Source of the DNA: Octopus sinensis | Taxonomy: Eukaryota | Assembly (NCBI RefSeq): GCF_006345805.1 | Contig: NC_043011.1 | Span: forward strand, 8,804,001-8,868,000 | Reading direction: 5' to 3' | Length of the DNA: 64,000 nt | Shown: positions 1 to 13,273 of the stretch, in pieces | Numbering within the stretch: the first letter of the stretch is position 1 | Layout: the number at the start of each line of letters is the position of its first letter | The notes under the pieces: generated by a model | The model's database searches: none | What the model saw: the letters and a program-made list of their open reading frames with translations, nothing else | What the model was told of the DNA's origin: nothing | Position numbers and translations under genes: made by a program

Positions 1-1652
1 AAGGATGAAAGACAAAGTCTACCTTGGCAGAATTTGAACTCAGAACGTAATGGTGGAAGGAATGTTCAATATTTCGTTTAGCGTGCAGGTTTCTAATTTT
101 GGCACAAGGCCTGTAATTTTGAGGGGTGTGTATGTGTGTGTGTGTGCAAACCAGTTGGTACCATCTCATTAGAATGGTAATTATTATTACTATTAAAGTT
201 GAACAAAAAAAAGTCAAAGTAAATGTGAGAAGAAAGAGACAAATGAGTGCAACAGTGTTAGGGGTTTGGGTTTAGAGAAAGTTGTAGTTGACACCCTGGC
301 CAAAAGTGAGGCATCGGGGAGGAGCATGGCACTTTATAAATGGAATGAAATAAATGCTAATTTTGGATGAACCAATGTCTCAGAAACAACAGGACAGAAG
401 AAAAAAAAAAAAAAAAAAAAAAAAGGGCCTCTTTAGATTCTTTGCAGCATCGAATGGCGCTAATCAGGAATGAATATACTGACAACCGCCACACAGGACT
501 GGCTATCAGTTTGTCACAAGTAAAATCCCAAAATGACCGGCTGCGTGTCTGACCTGTCTCCTAACAAGGGTGAAGTGAAGTGTATATATGGATGATGATG
601 ATGATGGGTTTCAAAGAGGACAGTCAATTAGTTGTGCCTCAAGTAGATGGAGAGTGTTCCACAGATGCTGGAAAGATGGCAGGCAAAGTAAATCCCGGAA
701 TAATTTGAACTCGGAGCATAAAAGGGACCTAACTAAATATCATCCAATTGTTACTACCAACCCATTCCACCCCACCCTGCTGGGCACTGCATCATCTGTA
801 AGGGTGTTACCCTGACAACGCATGAGTGAGCACTCACAGACTACTCTGAGGCAGATTTCCTAAAGTCGGATGCCATTCCTGTCACCAAATCTTGCCTGTT
901 TCCAAGCAAGGAAGTATTTCCACGTGACCGGACATGTTTTCAGGGAAGAATGGAAATAAGAGACACCACTTCCATGCAAGTGGCAGTGTCCCTTGTTCCA
1001 AGTCTGGCCATGAAAATGGGTCCAGCTACGATAACTAACTTTGGCACAAAGCCAGCAATTTTAAAGGAACAGGAAAGTAGATTACAATGACTCCCCCCCC
1101 CCCACCTCAATACACGACTTGTAATTTATTTTATCAACCACGAGAGGATGAAAGGCAAAGCTGACTTTGGCAGGATTTGAGCCCACAATGTAAAAAGCCA
1201 GAACAAATGCCACTTAGCATTTTGTCCGATGCTCCAACGATTCTGTCAGCATGGCCTTAATTCTTTCTACCATAGACGAGGGGTTTCACTGCCATAATAA
1301 TAATCCTTTCTATTATAGGCACGCAAGGCCTGAAATTTTTTGGGGGGAGGGTGCTAGTCGATTACATCGCCCCTGGTGCTCAACTGGTGGTTATTTTATT
1401 GACCTTGAAAAGATGAAAGGCTAAGTCAACCTTGGCAGAATTTGAGCTCAGAATGCAAGGAAGGATGAAATGTCGCTAAGCATTTTTGCCCTGTGAACTA
1501 ACGATTCTGCCAGCTTGTTACAATAATAGCAATAAGAAGAACATGAAATTGTTTGTGATAAAAGTTGATCTCCATTACAAAACCGAGTTCTTATTGTTTA
1601 TTTACCGTCATGAAAGAGTCACATTAATTTTCATAAATAAATAATAATTTGA

Positions 1653-1861
1653 TTCTTTATTGCCCACAGGGGGAGCTAAACACAGAGGGGACAGACAAAG
1701 GGACTAAGTTGATTATATCGTCGACCCAGTGCGTAACTGGTACTTATTTAATCGACCCCGAAAGGATGAAAGGCAAAGTCGACCTCGGCAGAATTTGAAC
1801 TCAGATGAAATACCGCTAAGCATTTCGTCCAGTGAGCTAACGATTCTACCAGTTTGCCGCC
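1653..1861 (-). mobile_element. SINE family A (tRNA-type head, tail ...CCCCTTGTGGG.AATAAAGAA)
   Basis: Reverse complement of the copy at 13694-13925. Confidence 0.8.
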
Positions 1862-2013
1862 AATAATAATAATAAACGCCAGCATTTTGTTATGGGCAAC
1901 CAGGGAGAACTGAACTCATGATCTGTGTAGCAGCAGGGTAACCCAATACTCTGATTTATAATCAATTTTGCCTCAACAGTGAGCAAACGAACGAAGCTAA
2001 TTAACAGCTCTTG

Positions 2014-2808
2014 TCAGACAGTTGGTGGCATATTTCTAATGAGATTCTGGATTCTCGACAGGATTATCTCATTGGTGCTACAACAGTTGCCGGGGCCATA
2101 CGGTGGTAGAATGGTCACAGCGCCAGCCACACACAGACACTTCGGTTTGTCCCCATCCTGACCCTTTTGTTCCTGCACGGGCAAGCGATTCTTCAGCATC
2201 CATGACTTGAGCTTGTCCTTGCGTTCCGAGAGGGCTTCCTCACTCAGATGGCTCGTTTCAATGCCCATGTTGCCGCTGTCGCCAAAACCAAGCTGACTGT
2301 TCTTGCTGTTGAGGAACAGAGCATCAAGTCTGGCCTTAATTTTTTCGTAATCACTATCTTTTGGACCGTTGCCACTGTTACCAGCATCATTATCATCTTC
2401 CTGCAACACAGCCACATCGACAACAGCATGTCCTGGAATAACACAGACCCCTACACTGGTCTTGGGGGTAGAGGCGGGACTAGTAGTAGCAGAAATATCA
2501 GAAGCCTTAACTTCGGTAACGGTAGCAGCAGTAGTGTCACTCGCAGTGGTCGTGTTTGGAGTGGTGGCAGAGTTACTAGAAGTTCCAGTCACATTAGCAG
2601 CCGTGGAGGCAGCAGCATCAGAAGCAGTTGCAGGAGGGAAGTGAACGAGGATGAAGCTGGAAGTGACCGGGTCGACAGTATAGACGTGACCCACATGCTC
2701 TTGGTTGGGGCCGGTGAGCACACGGACCTTCTTGTAGATGTACTGCATCCAGTGAGCAGGGTCTTGGGTGAAAATCGGGTGGCACCTTTCCTCAACCATG
2801 GTGGTCAT
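2014..2808 (-). CDS. GEMIN6: Gem-associated protein 6 (SMN complex, Sm-like fold); uninterrupted ORF, 264 aa
   Basis: DPAHWMQYIYKKVRV..VGHVYTVDPVTSSFILVHF, IPGHAV, L.ERKDKLKSWMLKNRLPV and LCVAGAVTILPPYGPGNCCSTNEIILSRIQNLI match the Gemin6 N- and C-terminal motifs as I recall them. The start could be Met1 or Met4. Confidence 0.93.
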   Translation of the reverse strand: MTTMVEERCHPIFTQDPAHWMQYIYKKVRVLTGPNQEHVGHVYTVDPVTSSFILVHFPPATASDAAASTAANVTGTSSNSATTPNTTTASDTTAATVTEVKASDISATTSPASTPKTSVGVCVIPGHAVVDVAVLQEDDNDAGNSGNGPKDSDYEKIKARLDALFLNSKNSQLGFGDSGNMGIETSHLSEEALSERKDKLKSWMLKNRLPVQEQKGQDGDKPKCLCVAGAVTILPPYGPGNCCSTNEIILSRIQNLIRNMPPTV

Positions 2809-3499
2809 TTAAGAATCAAACAAGACAAAAAGAGAAATGGAAAGAGGGGTAATAAAAAAAAAAAAGGGGATAACGGTAACTACTACAAATAATAGGTAAC
2901 TTGGGCACAAGGCCAGCAATTTTGAGGGGAGGGGAAAGTCCCTATAATTTTCTATTTTGCTTTTTTTGTTGTTTTCTTCCCCTCCTTTTCCTTCTTCAAA
3001 TTCACAAATTTCCTTTCGAGTTGACGACTATGTTCATACAATTACCAGAATACGAGTCACAAGTGCACACCCTTGCTGCGAGTCCGTATGTAGGTTTCGT
3101 AAGTTCAACGTGTATCTGTAAAAAGCTATGTATGAGTGTGTGAATATGTTTAAATGGTTCTATCTATAAAAACCTGTGTGTGTGTGTGTGTCAATGAAAA
3201 GCTATAGTTGTGTTTGTATGGCATTTATAAGAGAGAACGTATGCACGTTTCCATATAAGGGCGTACTTGTGTCTGCAAAAGTTTTATATATCTTTGTAAG
3301 TGCATATGTATGCACTAGACATTAAAAAAAAAGCACAGGAGAGGGGAAAAATAAAGAGAAAACAAAGGACACTGCTAAAAGGTGAAACCCTCCGAAATGC
3401 TCCGATTGGTTGTTTGGTTAATCCAGTTGCTATAGTTTGATGATGCTGTTAGAAGCAGGATGACAGCAGACTGTTCTCTGCACAACAGTGGGGAATCGG

Positions 3500-3713
3500 T
3501 TACCGAGACAGGTTGAAGGTGTGGAAGTTCTTGTATTTCTTTATCAAGTCGCACTTGGTGATGAGCTGTTTACGAAGCACCTCTATGTGTTTCATCTGCT
3601 CTTCCCGTGTGTGCTGGATGCCCGGCATTTTGTCCACAATCTCGCGGCCCCGTTGAAGCCGGTTCTTCAAGTCTGTCACTTTCTGGGGCACATCGTGGGA
3701 ATCTTTTTCAATG
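3500..3713 (-). CDS. MED9: Mediator subunit 9, coding exon 2 (IEKDSHDVPQKVTDLK...MPGIQHTREEQ..LRKQLITKCDLIKKYK..stop); total 91 aa
   Basis: Polypyrimidine tract and cag acceptor (AG at 3715-3714); TAA at 3502-3500. The MPGI..EEQ..LR.Q..TK..L..KYK motif is MED9-like. The intron is 3714-9594. Confidence 0.9.
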
Positions 3714-5008
3714 CTGAAGATGAAGAGAGAAAGTATAAAAGACAGAGAGAAATGGAAAGAAAAAATCAGACATTCCCATTTTTTAATAACGAGAGCTTCA
3801 AAATAATTGCTTTCTTCATTATAATGTAAGAAATCATCATCATCGTCCTCGTTTAACGCCTGCTTTCCATGCTGGCATGGGTTGGATGGTCTGAGAACTG
3901 GCAAATCAGAAGGCTGCACCAGACTTCAATCTAATCTGGCAATGTTTCTACAGCTGGATGCTCTTCCTAAAGACCAACCACTCCAAAAGTGGGTGCTTTT
4001 TATGTGCCACCAGCATGGGAGTCAGTCAGGGGACACTGGCATCAACCACGTTTGGCTCGTGCCTTTTACGTGCCACCAGCATGGGAGCCATACTGTCAAG
4101 TAGGAAAGCAAGCAAACCTAATAAAAACAGCCTATAATTACCCTGGCAAGATAGTTATAGCTATCTGCTCCATATTAATTCATTAGCATATAAATTGGCC
4201 AGATATAGTCTCTCACACTTATCCTACAATGGCATTCAAAAAAATAAACAAGATCTTGAAGGTATGAGATAATACATAATTAATTGAAAACATTGAAAAT
4301 AAATAAGTGTTTACATATTCAACAGAGTAATCTCAATATCAAAAAAGGTAAAATTCCCCTTTGGTTATGAACAAGTCCAGGCAAGGTTGTTTTATGGAAG
4401 ACCAGATGTTGGCCATGCATACCAGCCTCCCCTTCCCATGCCACTGATGTTATCCAAGGGAAAAAAGGCAAAAGCCGAGTGGCATCACAACTCATTTCTA
4501 CAGCTGAGTGAACTGGAGCAACGTGAAATAAAGGGTCTTGCTCACAAGCACAATACGCAATCCGGTCTGGGAATCGAACTCACTACCTCAGGATTGTGAG
4601 TCTGACTCTCTAACCACTGAATCATGCAACTTCAGTCAATGCTAAACAGTTAATAAAGATGTTGACAACATAATACATGTTCTCAGGAATTCTCAAACCT
4701 GTACACACCTGTTAGCTGTCGTTTATATAGGTCAGAGCAAATGCAGTAAAGGTAAAAAAAAAAAGAATTAAAAAAAAAGGTGGGACAAAAAAAGAAAAAC
4801 AGAATTAAAAAAAAAAGACTTGGGGTGGGACAGCATCTTGAAAAATGTAGCAAGCACTGTCACTTATCAAACAGTCTTGTAACATTGAGACCATCTTATC
4901 CATACGGAATCTACAGAATACTTAAAACTGTTTCTATGACAACTGCATGTTGGTAAGGAAATCTTGGATTATTGGGGATAGAGTAAATAAATCAGGTGAG
5001 ATTTACAT

Positions 5009-5345
5009 ATGTGTGGTAAGTAGGGTGCTTACGAACTACATGGTTCTGGGTTCAGTCCCACTGCGTGGCACCCTGGGTAAGTGTCTTCTACTATAGCCTC
5101 AAGCCAACCAAAGCCTTGAGTGGATTTGGTTGACGGAAACTGAAAGAAGCCCGTCGTATATATGTATGTGTGTCTGTGAGTCCCCCCAACATCGCTTGAC
5201 AACCGATGCTGGTGTGTTTACGTCCCAGTAACTTAGCGGTTCGGCAAAAAAGAGACCGATAGAATAAGTCCTGGGGTCGATTTGCTCGACTAAAGACGGT
5301 GCTCCAGCATGGCCACAGTCGCATGACTGAAACAAGTAAAAGAGA
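5009..5345 (+). mobile_element. SINE family B (~400 bp, tail GACTGAAACAAGTAAAAGAG)
   Basis: Shared body GGTTCAGTCCCACTGCGTGG...GACGGAAACTGAAAGAAGCC...GGCGGTGCTCCAGCATGGCC found in several copies. Confidence 0.8.
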
Positions 5346-6377
5346 GATACAGCTATAGAGCTGGAAAGTAAACCGATTCAATGCCGTTTTCATAAAGTTT
5401 ATCTGTGGAGGTAACTTACATGTGAAGGGAGATAATTCGATAAAACCAAGTTCTGTGATTTAATCATTGGCTTAAATTCACCCCCAGTTTCGCTTCACGG
5501 TTGTGGCGACTCCCCATTGAAGGGGCCGCAAAGAGTCTTAAATGAAAATTGAAGATAAACGCTGCCAGATTACAATTTCTTCTACTTTTCTACCATAATT
5601 TCATTTTAAACAACTTTGTATAAAAACAAATTGTGGTTTAGCTCAGAGTCAGACCCAATAAAAGAAACTGATGATCAAAAAATGTTCTCTCCGTAAGCAA
5701 TCTACTTTTTTTTTTTTACGAATCCTAGTGTATCAAGGACTACATTGTCCAATGTATTTCTCCTTCCGAAGACAACAGAATGTGATTTGAGGCAACAAAT
5801 TTCGGTTTTCTTTTCTAACTGACAGAGATTTCTTTGAGCAGTTTGCCAATTGCTTATCTACACTGGTGAGGATTTCTCAAGGAAACAATCGACATCCTGG
5901 AATTTAAACCCCAAAAGGGAAAATAAACTAGCCAACTCCTTCATGCACGCAAAATTACTATTAAAAAGAAAAACCAGAAAGCAAAAAAATAAAATTCCGT
6001 GTCGTGATACTATAATGAAAAAAGAAGATATATATAAACGGACCGGACATAGTTAAAATACTTAAAAGCATTAAGAAAACCCCATGTTTGATGTTATGAC
6101 AACTAAACATTATTGTCTACATAATTCCTCATCTCTTAAACATAGAACTGTATTAACTAAACCTCAGTTTGAAAGAAAATTTTAAAAATTAAAAATTCTG
6201 ACTCTTTAAATAATGCACATTTTGGCCTGTGTGAAAGCAGTTGACCCACATCCCTCCCCACCTCCAGTTTCAAAATGTTCTAATCAGAAGCTTTAAACTC
6301 CAGGAAATTACTAAACTTAGCTATCAACTGAATCAGATCAGCTCAGTCAGTGGTTAATAAATATTTTGTTGACCTAC

Positions 6378-6627
6378 AGTGGCATGTGTAAAAAGATTCG
6401 AGCGAGGTCATTGCCAGTACCACCTGACTGGCCCCTGTGCCGGTGGCACGTAAAAAGCACCCACTACACTCTCGGAGTGGTTGGCATTAGGAAGGGCATC
6501 CAGCTGTAGAAACTCTACCAGATCAAGATTGGAGTCTGGTGCAGCCATCTGATTCGCCAGTCCTCAGTCAAATCGTCCAACCCATGCTAGCATGGAAAGC
6601 GGACTTAAATGATGATGATGATGATGA
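6378..6627 (+). mobile_element. Short retroposon with (GAT)n tail; - strand copies at about 3834-4087 and 7054-7303
   Basis: Shared ...AACCCATGCTAGCATGGAAAGCGGAC.TTAAA.GATGATGAT 3' end in three copies. Confidence 0.7.
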
Positions 6628-9594
6628 CTACTAATTTCAAATCTTCAATCACCAAAGCAATACACAAGATATACTGAAGCCATTGAGGATGCCTATACAT
6701 GGTCACTCAACCTGCTAGAAATAGTCAGATTCCTTTAAATCGCTCTCATCCGCCTGAGAAAAAGATATTTCATGTGGTACTGGATTTCCTGTATAAAGGA
6801 AAAATACGAGATGGTTATAGTTGGATTGTCTTTGATCATCAGGAATTACTTGACAGGACATCGTTTCTCCTGCTTTTTCAATTGATACTACAATTACTGG
6901 TGCTTTTTGAGTTAGTGAGTTAGATATGCCAGTGTTTGTCTGATATAAACGGCCTTGTTGCATTTTATGAAATTTTCCATCTAAATAAAAACCAACTGAA
7001 ACATGCAGATTAGGTTTAATTCAACATTTTATCAACTCACTGCAAGAATTCCTCATCATCGTTTAACGTCCACTTTCCATGCTGGCATGGGTTGGATAGT
7101 TTGACTGAAGTCTGGAGAGCCAGTGGCTGCACCAGGCTCATCTGATCTGGTAATGTTTCTACAGCTGAATGCCCTTCCTAACACCAACCACTCCCAGAGT
7201 GTAGTGGGTGCATTTTACGTGCCACCGGCACAGGAGCCAGTCAGGGTGATCTGGCATCGACCACATTCAAATGATGCATTTTACGTGCCACCGGAACGGG
7301 AGCCATACACACAATCATCACTTTTATGAGCATTTTTTCCATGCTGGCATGGGTTGGACAAGAGTTATAGTCAGATGTACATTCAGCCATGCTTGCACAC
7401 ACACACACACATCATTTGTTTCAAGATAAAAAATAGCCATCTATGTATCATACTCTGATACATGGATATTTTTAATTTAATATCCTGTCAATTGCATATA
7501 ACAGATTTTTAATTAAAATTACACTAAATATACCTAATAAGTAGACAAACATAAGTTAGGTTTGTTTATTTATCAGGTATGTGTATGTCACCTGAAATGT
7601 TGGAAACAGCAGCCAAATCTCTCCCAATTCTCACACAACCATCTCAAATGATGAAGAATACGTGTTCCTTCACAAGCAGGGTAGTCCTTGACAAACAGTA
7701 ACACGGCATAGTGATGAGTGGAAAGCCACGGCCTACTCTGTCAAGATCGAAATAGGGTTTAACAGGTAAATACTTAAACGTATGCCATTAATCCAATGAC
7801 AACTACCTGTGATTTGTAAATGTCATTTAGCAATGGAACAATCTGGAATGCTTTATCCAATGACTATTTGTCAATAATCATTAGAAATAGTGGCATACCC
7901 ATACAAGTGCCCCACCCCCAGCGAATTTGTTTTCTTATAGCTTTCAGAAAAATGGGTATTTCTTTTTAATGAAATTTTCTGCAAATATGCTTCAGATGGT
8001 GTAGATTCTAATATAAAAGTTTTTGGTGGTGAAGAGAGGAGTTTCAGAAAATTCACACGAGTCCGGTTTTGTTTCCTTAAAACTTACAGAAAAATGAGTA
8101 TTTTTGGCATTCCTTCTTTATAACTCGACAAAATCAGAACATTTCATTTTGGGTATTTCCGTGGAAGCAAATGAGAGTTGGATTCTGTTTTCTGCTTGGA
8201 AATTTGAGGATTTTACATAGACACATGAAACAGGGAAGAACAAATATGCAAGGCTTTTTTTCTTTTTTTTTTCCTTAAAGTTTAAAATGAGACATTGCTG
8301 GTTTAATTTCGTTACATCTCTACTCCACAACCCACGGAAATATCCCTAGTGAAATGTTTTGATGTTTTCAAGTTATATCGAAGGATTTTTTTTTTTTTTT
8401 GGGGGATGAAAATTTCTACAAATATCTTTCAGATGATGAATATTACAATAATGTCCGAATCTAATACGAAAACGAACCAGTTGGGATGCATGCCTGCATA
8501 CATACTGACATACATCACAATTTGATTTTTCCAAAATGGGACATGCGTTTGCGTGTATATAATCGGAATCTACTCAGTCTGAAGCGTACAGAATTGAATC
8601 GAACCAGTTTCAGATCACGAGCTGAGGCCATGATGGGGCACCACCATTTGGTGTTGTTACATAAATTTTACTTCACCAATTCATTCTTCCAGAGCATATC
8701 TTTCCTGCCTACGATCCAGGAATTAGTCTCAATCTCTCGAGTCTGATTTGTAAAAAATTTCATTAAAAAATAGACAATTTTTCTTCTTTCTTCGAAAACT
8801 AAGAGTTAAATTACATGTGCGTTTTGAATTGGATGGTTTTGAGTTCTAATTGGTTGTGTGATTCGAGTTGTATGTATAACATGTGGTTTGAATTCCTATA
8901 TAATATAACCACATGTGGCTAGAGTTCTCTTGTAATTTGTATAAATCGAGTTATCTACATGAAATATGTATTAGTTGAGAAAAGTAGTTTGTCGTGAGTA
9001 GTCGATCCTACAATGACCACCACCTAGAAAAGTAAATAAAACACAAAATAAATAATTTTTGTTAAAGTAAATAAAACACAAATTAAGGATCGACTAGTCA
9101 TGACTAGGTAGCGCGGATGCGCGCACAGGGACCACTTTTTTCAAGTAGTACCAGTGAACACACAAAATAACAGAAAACCAGACAAGACATAAATAGAAGT
9201 CACACGTGCTCCAGTTTCTACAAAAATACTTCATTGTAATTAAGGTAGCCTCACCCTTCACCATTAGGCATTCTTTCGGTATGGGTCCCAGGAGCGATAT
9301 TCCAAGTTGAAACAAGATTTTATAAAAAGGAAGATATTTCGACACAATTCTGGAAGGATCGAATATAAACAGGTTTCCACCGGTCGTCTTAAAAATAATT
9401 TATAATTACAAAATTAATGAAGGCAAGAAATTAATTAATTAAACAAAAAAAAAACCGTTAAATAAACAAGAAATTGTCTTTTGTTCCTATTTTTTTCTTT
9501 TTTTTTTTTTTGTGGTTGTGTCAAGAAAGTAAAAACGGAAGAAAGGTAAGAAAGAAGAAAGGAACAAGAGGGGCCAATATTTGTGGTTTTTTAC

Positions 9595-9656
9595 CTTCGA
9601 ATGATTTCGTAAATGATTTGAAGGAAACTCAGGTCGTTCTCCACATTTTTCGCCAT
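9595..9656 (-). CDS. MED9: Mediator subunit 9, coding exon 1 (MAKNVENDLSFLQIIYEIIR + 2 nt)
   Basis: aagATGGCG start at 9656 and GT donor (AG|gtaaaa) at 9594-9593. The phase-2 end joins exon 2 as AG+C=Ser, giving the MED9-like SFL..I.EII.SIEKD motif. Confidence 0.88.
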
Positions 9657-9818
9657 CTTAGACAGGAAGAGGAAGTTGCGTTGAGCACGTGACCTGCTGG
9701 ACTGAGGATTGACGGAGGAGGAGGGGGTAGTGGTAGTGAGGAACAAAGGGAAATAACGGGAGGTGGAGGAGGTGACAGACGTTGGGAGGGAGGAGGAGTA
9801 GTGACAGGAGATGGTGAA
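9650..9818 (-). promoter_or_regulatory. Probable compact MED9 promoter/5'UTR
   Basis: YY1-like AAGATGGCG overlaps the ATG; an ETS-like GGAAGT and E-box CACGTG lie at about 9670-9692; a SINE starts at about 9819. Motif matches only. Confidence 0.45.
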
Positions 9819-10023
9819 GGCGGCGAGGAGTCGGCAGAGACGTTGGCCCGCCGGGCGAAATGCGTTGCAGTACTTCGTTTGATGTTATGTTCCGAGTTCA
9901 AATTCCGCCGAGGTCGACTTTGCCTTTCATCCTTTCGGGAGCGATAAATTAAGTACCAGTTACGCACTGGAGTCGATATAATCGACTTAATCCGTTTATC
10001 CCCTTGTGGGTAATAAAGAAATA
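9819..10023 (+). mobile_element. SINE family A
   Basis: GGCGGCGAG..GGCAGA head, GAGTTCAAATTCC B-box-like motif, same body and tail as 13694-13925. Confidence 0.8.
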
Positions 10024-11112
10024 GGCATTTAGGTGACAGAGAAAAAGAGAAGTAAAGGTGGAGGACAGGCAATAATTGGGGGGAAGAAGGAGTGCAAATA
10101 ATGAGAAGGGAAAGAAGAAATAGAGAGGGAGAGAGAGAGAGAGAGTAAGGTTGATAGAAAGAGTGGCAATTACAGAAAGAAGGGAAGGGGTGGAATGTTG
10201 ATAGTGACAAGATAGATGAGAAGAGAGAGAGAGAGAAAGAGAGGAAAGAGACAGTGAAGGGGAAGAGAGGCAAAGATAGTGAGGGAAGGGAGAGAGAAAG
10301 ATAGAAAGGCAAGAGACAGAGGAGAATAAGAGATAGAGGGGAAAGATAGAGAGGGAGAGATAGAAAGAAAAGACAGAGAAAGAGTGGTGTATTAACAGTA
10401 ACAGAGCTGAGAGAGAGAGAGAATGAATGAATGAAAGAATGAATGAATGATGCCGAATGAATTAAGGAGAAAAGGGGAGTAAATCAGTCGTGATTTAGGA
10501 AAGTAATTTCTTTTTAATTCTAAAACTTTGCCTTTCATCCTTTCGGGGTCGATAAATTAAGTACCAGTTGCGCACTGGGGTCGATGTAATCGACTTAATC
10601 CCTTTGTCTGTCCTTGTTTGTCCCTTCTACGTTTAGCCCCCTTGTGGGCAATAAAGAAATATAAAATGAGTCCCGGTCGAGCAGAGGGGCCGAACCGAGC
10701 GACTGACCCCTCTCCCTAAATTGCTGCTCTTGTACTTTACAACACTCAAGATGGCGGACATAATGCTTGGCGGCATTTTTTCTAACTCTTTACGTTCTAT
10801 GTTCAAATCTCGCCGCAGCCGACGTGGCCTTTCACCCCTTTCAGAGCCAATGAAATGAAATAGTGGGGTCGTTGCAATCGACTAAAATCATAGCCTTCAA
10901 ATTGCCGGCCTTGCGCCAAAATCAGAAAACGTACAGAGATGATGGAATCAGCGGGGCAAAATGAGTAATTAGTGATTTCTCGTGATTTTCTCACCACTTG
11001 TTTGCAGTCGTTACATTTCAAGCATTTCATCACCATTTTGTGCAGTTACATCATCTTTACGAGTAAGAAGTGGTTAGCATAGTTGTTGAAGTTGAGAAAG
11101 TTTAGAACATAG

Positions 11113-11492
11113 TCAGCTTGCTTACGAACCACATGGTTCCGGGTTCAGTCCCGCTGCGTGGGTCCTTGGGCAAGTATCTTCTGCTATAGCCTCGGGCCGA
11201 CCAAAGCCTCGTGAGTGGATTTGGTAGACGGAAACTGAAAGAAGCCCGTCGTATAATGTATATGTATATATATGTATGTGTATATGTTTGTGTCTGTGTT
11301 TGTCCCTCCCAACATCACTTGACAACCGATGCTGGTGTGTTTACGTCCCCGTAACTTAGCAGTTCGGCAAAAAAAGAGACCGATAGAATAAGTACTAGGC
11401 TTACAAAGAATAAGTTCTGGGGTCGATTTGCTCGACTAAAAGGCGGTGCTCCAGCATGGCCACAGTCAAATGACTGAAACGAGTAAAAGAGT
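11113..11492 (+). mobile_element. SINE family B
   Basis: Same body and tail as the other family B copies. Confidence 0.8.
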
Positions 11493-11981
11493 AACAGGTA
11501 CTTTTAGTTAAAGAATTCTCTCACCTTTGACCCGACTGCAATTGAGGTTGCCATTAAAATATCTGGATTATTTTTGGTGTTTCACAATCAATATTTTTTT
11601 CTATGTTGGATTCCAAGTCAACTTTTTTTCTTACAAGTTTGATCATTTTTAATTTTCAAAATATGTCTAAAATTGAATAAAATGAGTAATTACTAATTTG
11701 ATTAATTGGACCTATTCCATCTCAATCACAGATTTTTTAATTAATTTTTTTTTTTTAACTAAACAGTTTGAAACTTCGAATACTGGTAGAATTTCTCACG
11801 TAGAACACGGTTTACTCTGAATGTTTTTGACAAAATTTCGTATTTTAGAAGTTATTTCGTGTTAAAGTTGTCGTATTTGGGTAATTTTAACCAATCACTG
11901 ACGTGTATTTAGCTGAAGCAATGTACTGCTGTTTGCGGAAGAGCAACAACTTCTGAGTCATCTCTACTAAATGTGTTTATG

Positions 11982-12064
<83 letters not shown>

Positions 12065-12649
12065 TTGCCATAGAAAAGGTAGAGATATAAGACAGCATAG
12101 CCGTGGCTAGAGGCTGGAGAATGTCTATGAGCAACTTTATATCAATCAGTCAAAGGGTCACCAGAATTCATTCAACGTAAAAAAAAAAATTTCCAATGGT
12201 TCCAGGATACTGGGGGAGGGGTCCCACTCCACTTTTCCAAAAAAATCTTGGACCCCCTTCCCTGATAGTTACTCGTTTTACGAAATTTAGCGTAGAAGTG
12301 AAGAATTACTCGCTAGTGTTTTGCACAGTACGTGTTTATTATAGTTTTACCAAAAGTAACTTCGAAGTTCCGGTCTGCTAGCCTTCTTGGAAGGCTATGT
12401 AATTAATGCAGATGCACACGTGCACACAAATATGCGTATATATTCGTTTAGGTGATTTACTTAGCGGCAAAAATGGGAAGACACCAAGTGAGATAAAAAT
12501 AGCTTTGACTCTGAATCGAAACCGGATCGCTGAACTCACCCAGAAAGAAAATAAAATCTTATCCAGAGAGACAAAAATAAAAAAAAATTGACTCTATGTG
12601 GTTCACGCTTATAATAATTTTTTTTTTTTTTTGCATTGTTAGAACCCGG

Positions 12650-13273
12650 ATGTTCCTGGAAGCTCGCCTAGCAAGATGCGGGCAGGATAGGGAAACCGTC
12701 CTGCACGCTATTGTTCAGTGTCCGGGAGTGTCTGAAGTGTGGGCTGTCAGGTTCGGGAAGAGTACAGCTGTCGTCTGAGTCAATCGTAAAAATTGACCCT
12801 CCGGATTTCCTCACGAAAGAAGGTAAGCAATGTTTTCTCGCAGTAGCGATAGCGAAAGAGGTGGCATGGAAGTCGCGAATGAAAGGTTTGGCGACAGGCA
12901 ACCTCATCTCCGGTCTCGGGTTGGTGAGATATTTTATCTTCCACCTTAGAAGGAAGGTGAGGCTGGAGAGAAGATGCCCGTTAAAGAAAATGTTCAAAGA
13001 AAGATGGTTGCATGTTGCGAGGGTGCTGGGAATGAAAGATTCCTCGTGAACATGTCATAAGTCTGAATACAAAAGTTTCAGTAGGAGAATGGGTCCCGTG
13101 GGGTCGGGGCGTAACCCATCTCTCTGCTTCATTTCATGTTCGTATTTTGTCCTTGTTGTATCTCATTCGATTTCATCCTATCTTGTAAAAATGTTGAAAG
13201 TCATTGTGTGTTTGACCCCGATCAGGCTGTATTGTCCCCTTCTATGTTTGGGTCCTTGTGGCTAATAAAGAAA
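12650..13273 (+). mobile_element. L1/Tx1-like LINE 3' fragment (zinc knuckle, ORF2 end, 3'UTR)
   Basis: RCGQDRETVLHAIVQCP CCHC knuckle; KEVAWKSR..FKERW C-terminus; tail ending AATAAAGAAA. Confidence 0.7.

Noticed and set aside
2248-2892. 214-aa + strand ORF antisense to Gemin6
   Set aside because: Shadow of the Gemin6 low-complexity coding sequence; no recognisable motif.
3714-3919. N-terminal half of the 139-aa ORF
   Set aside because: It is intron sequence (retroposon plus polypyrimidine tract); the real N-terminus is at 9656.
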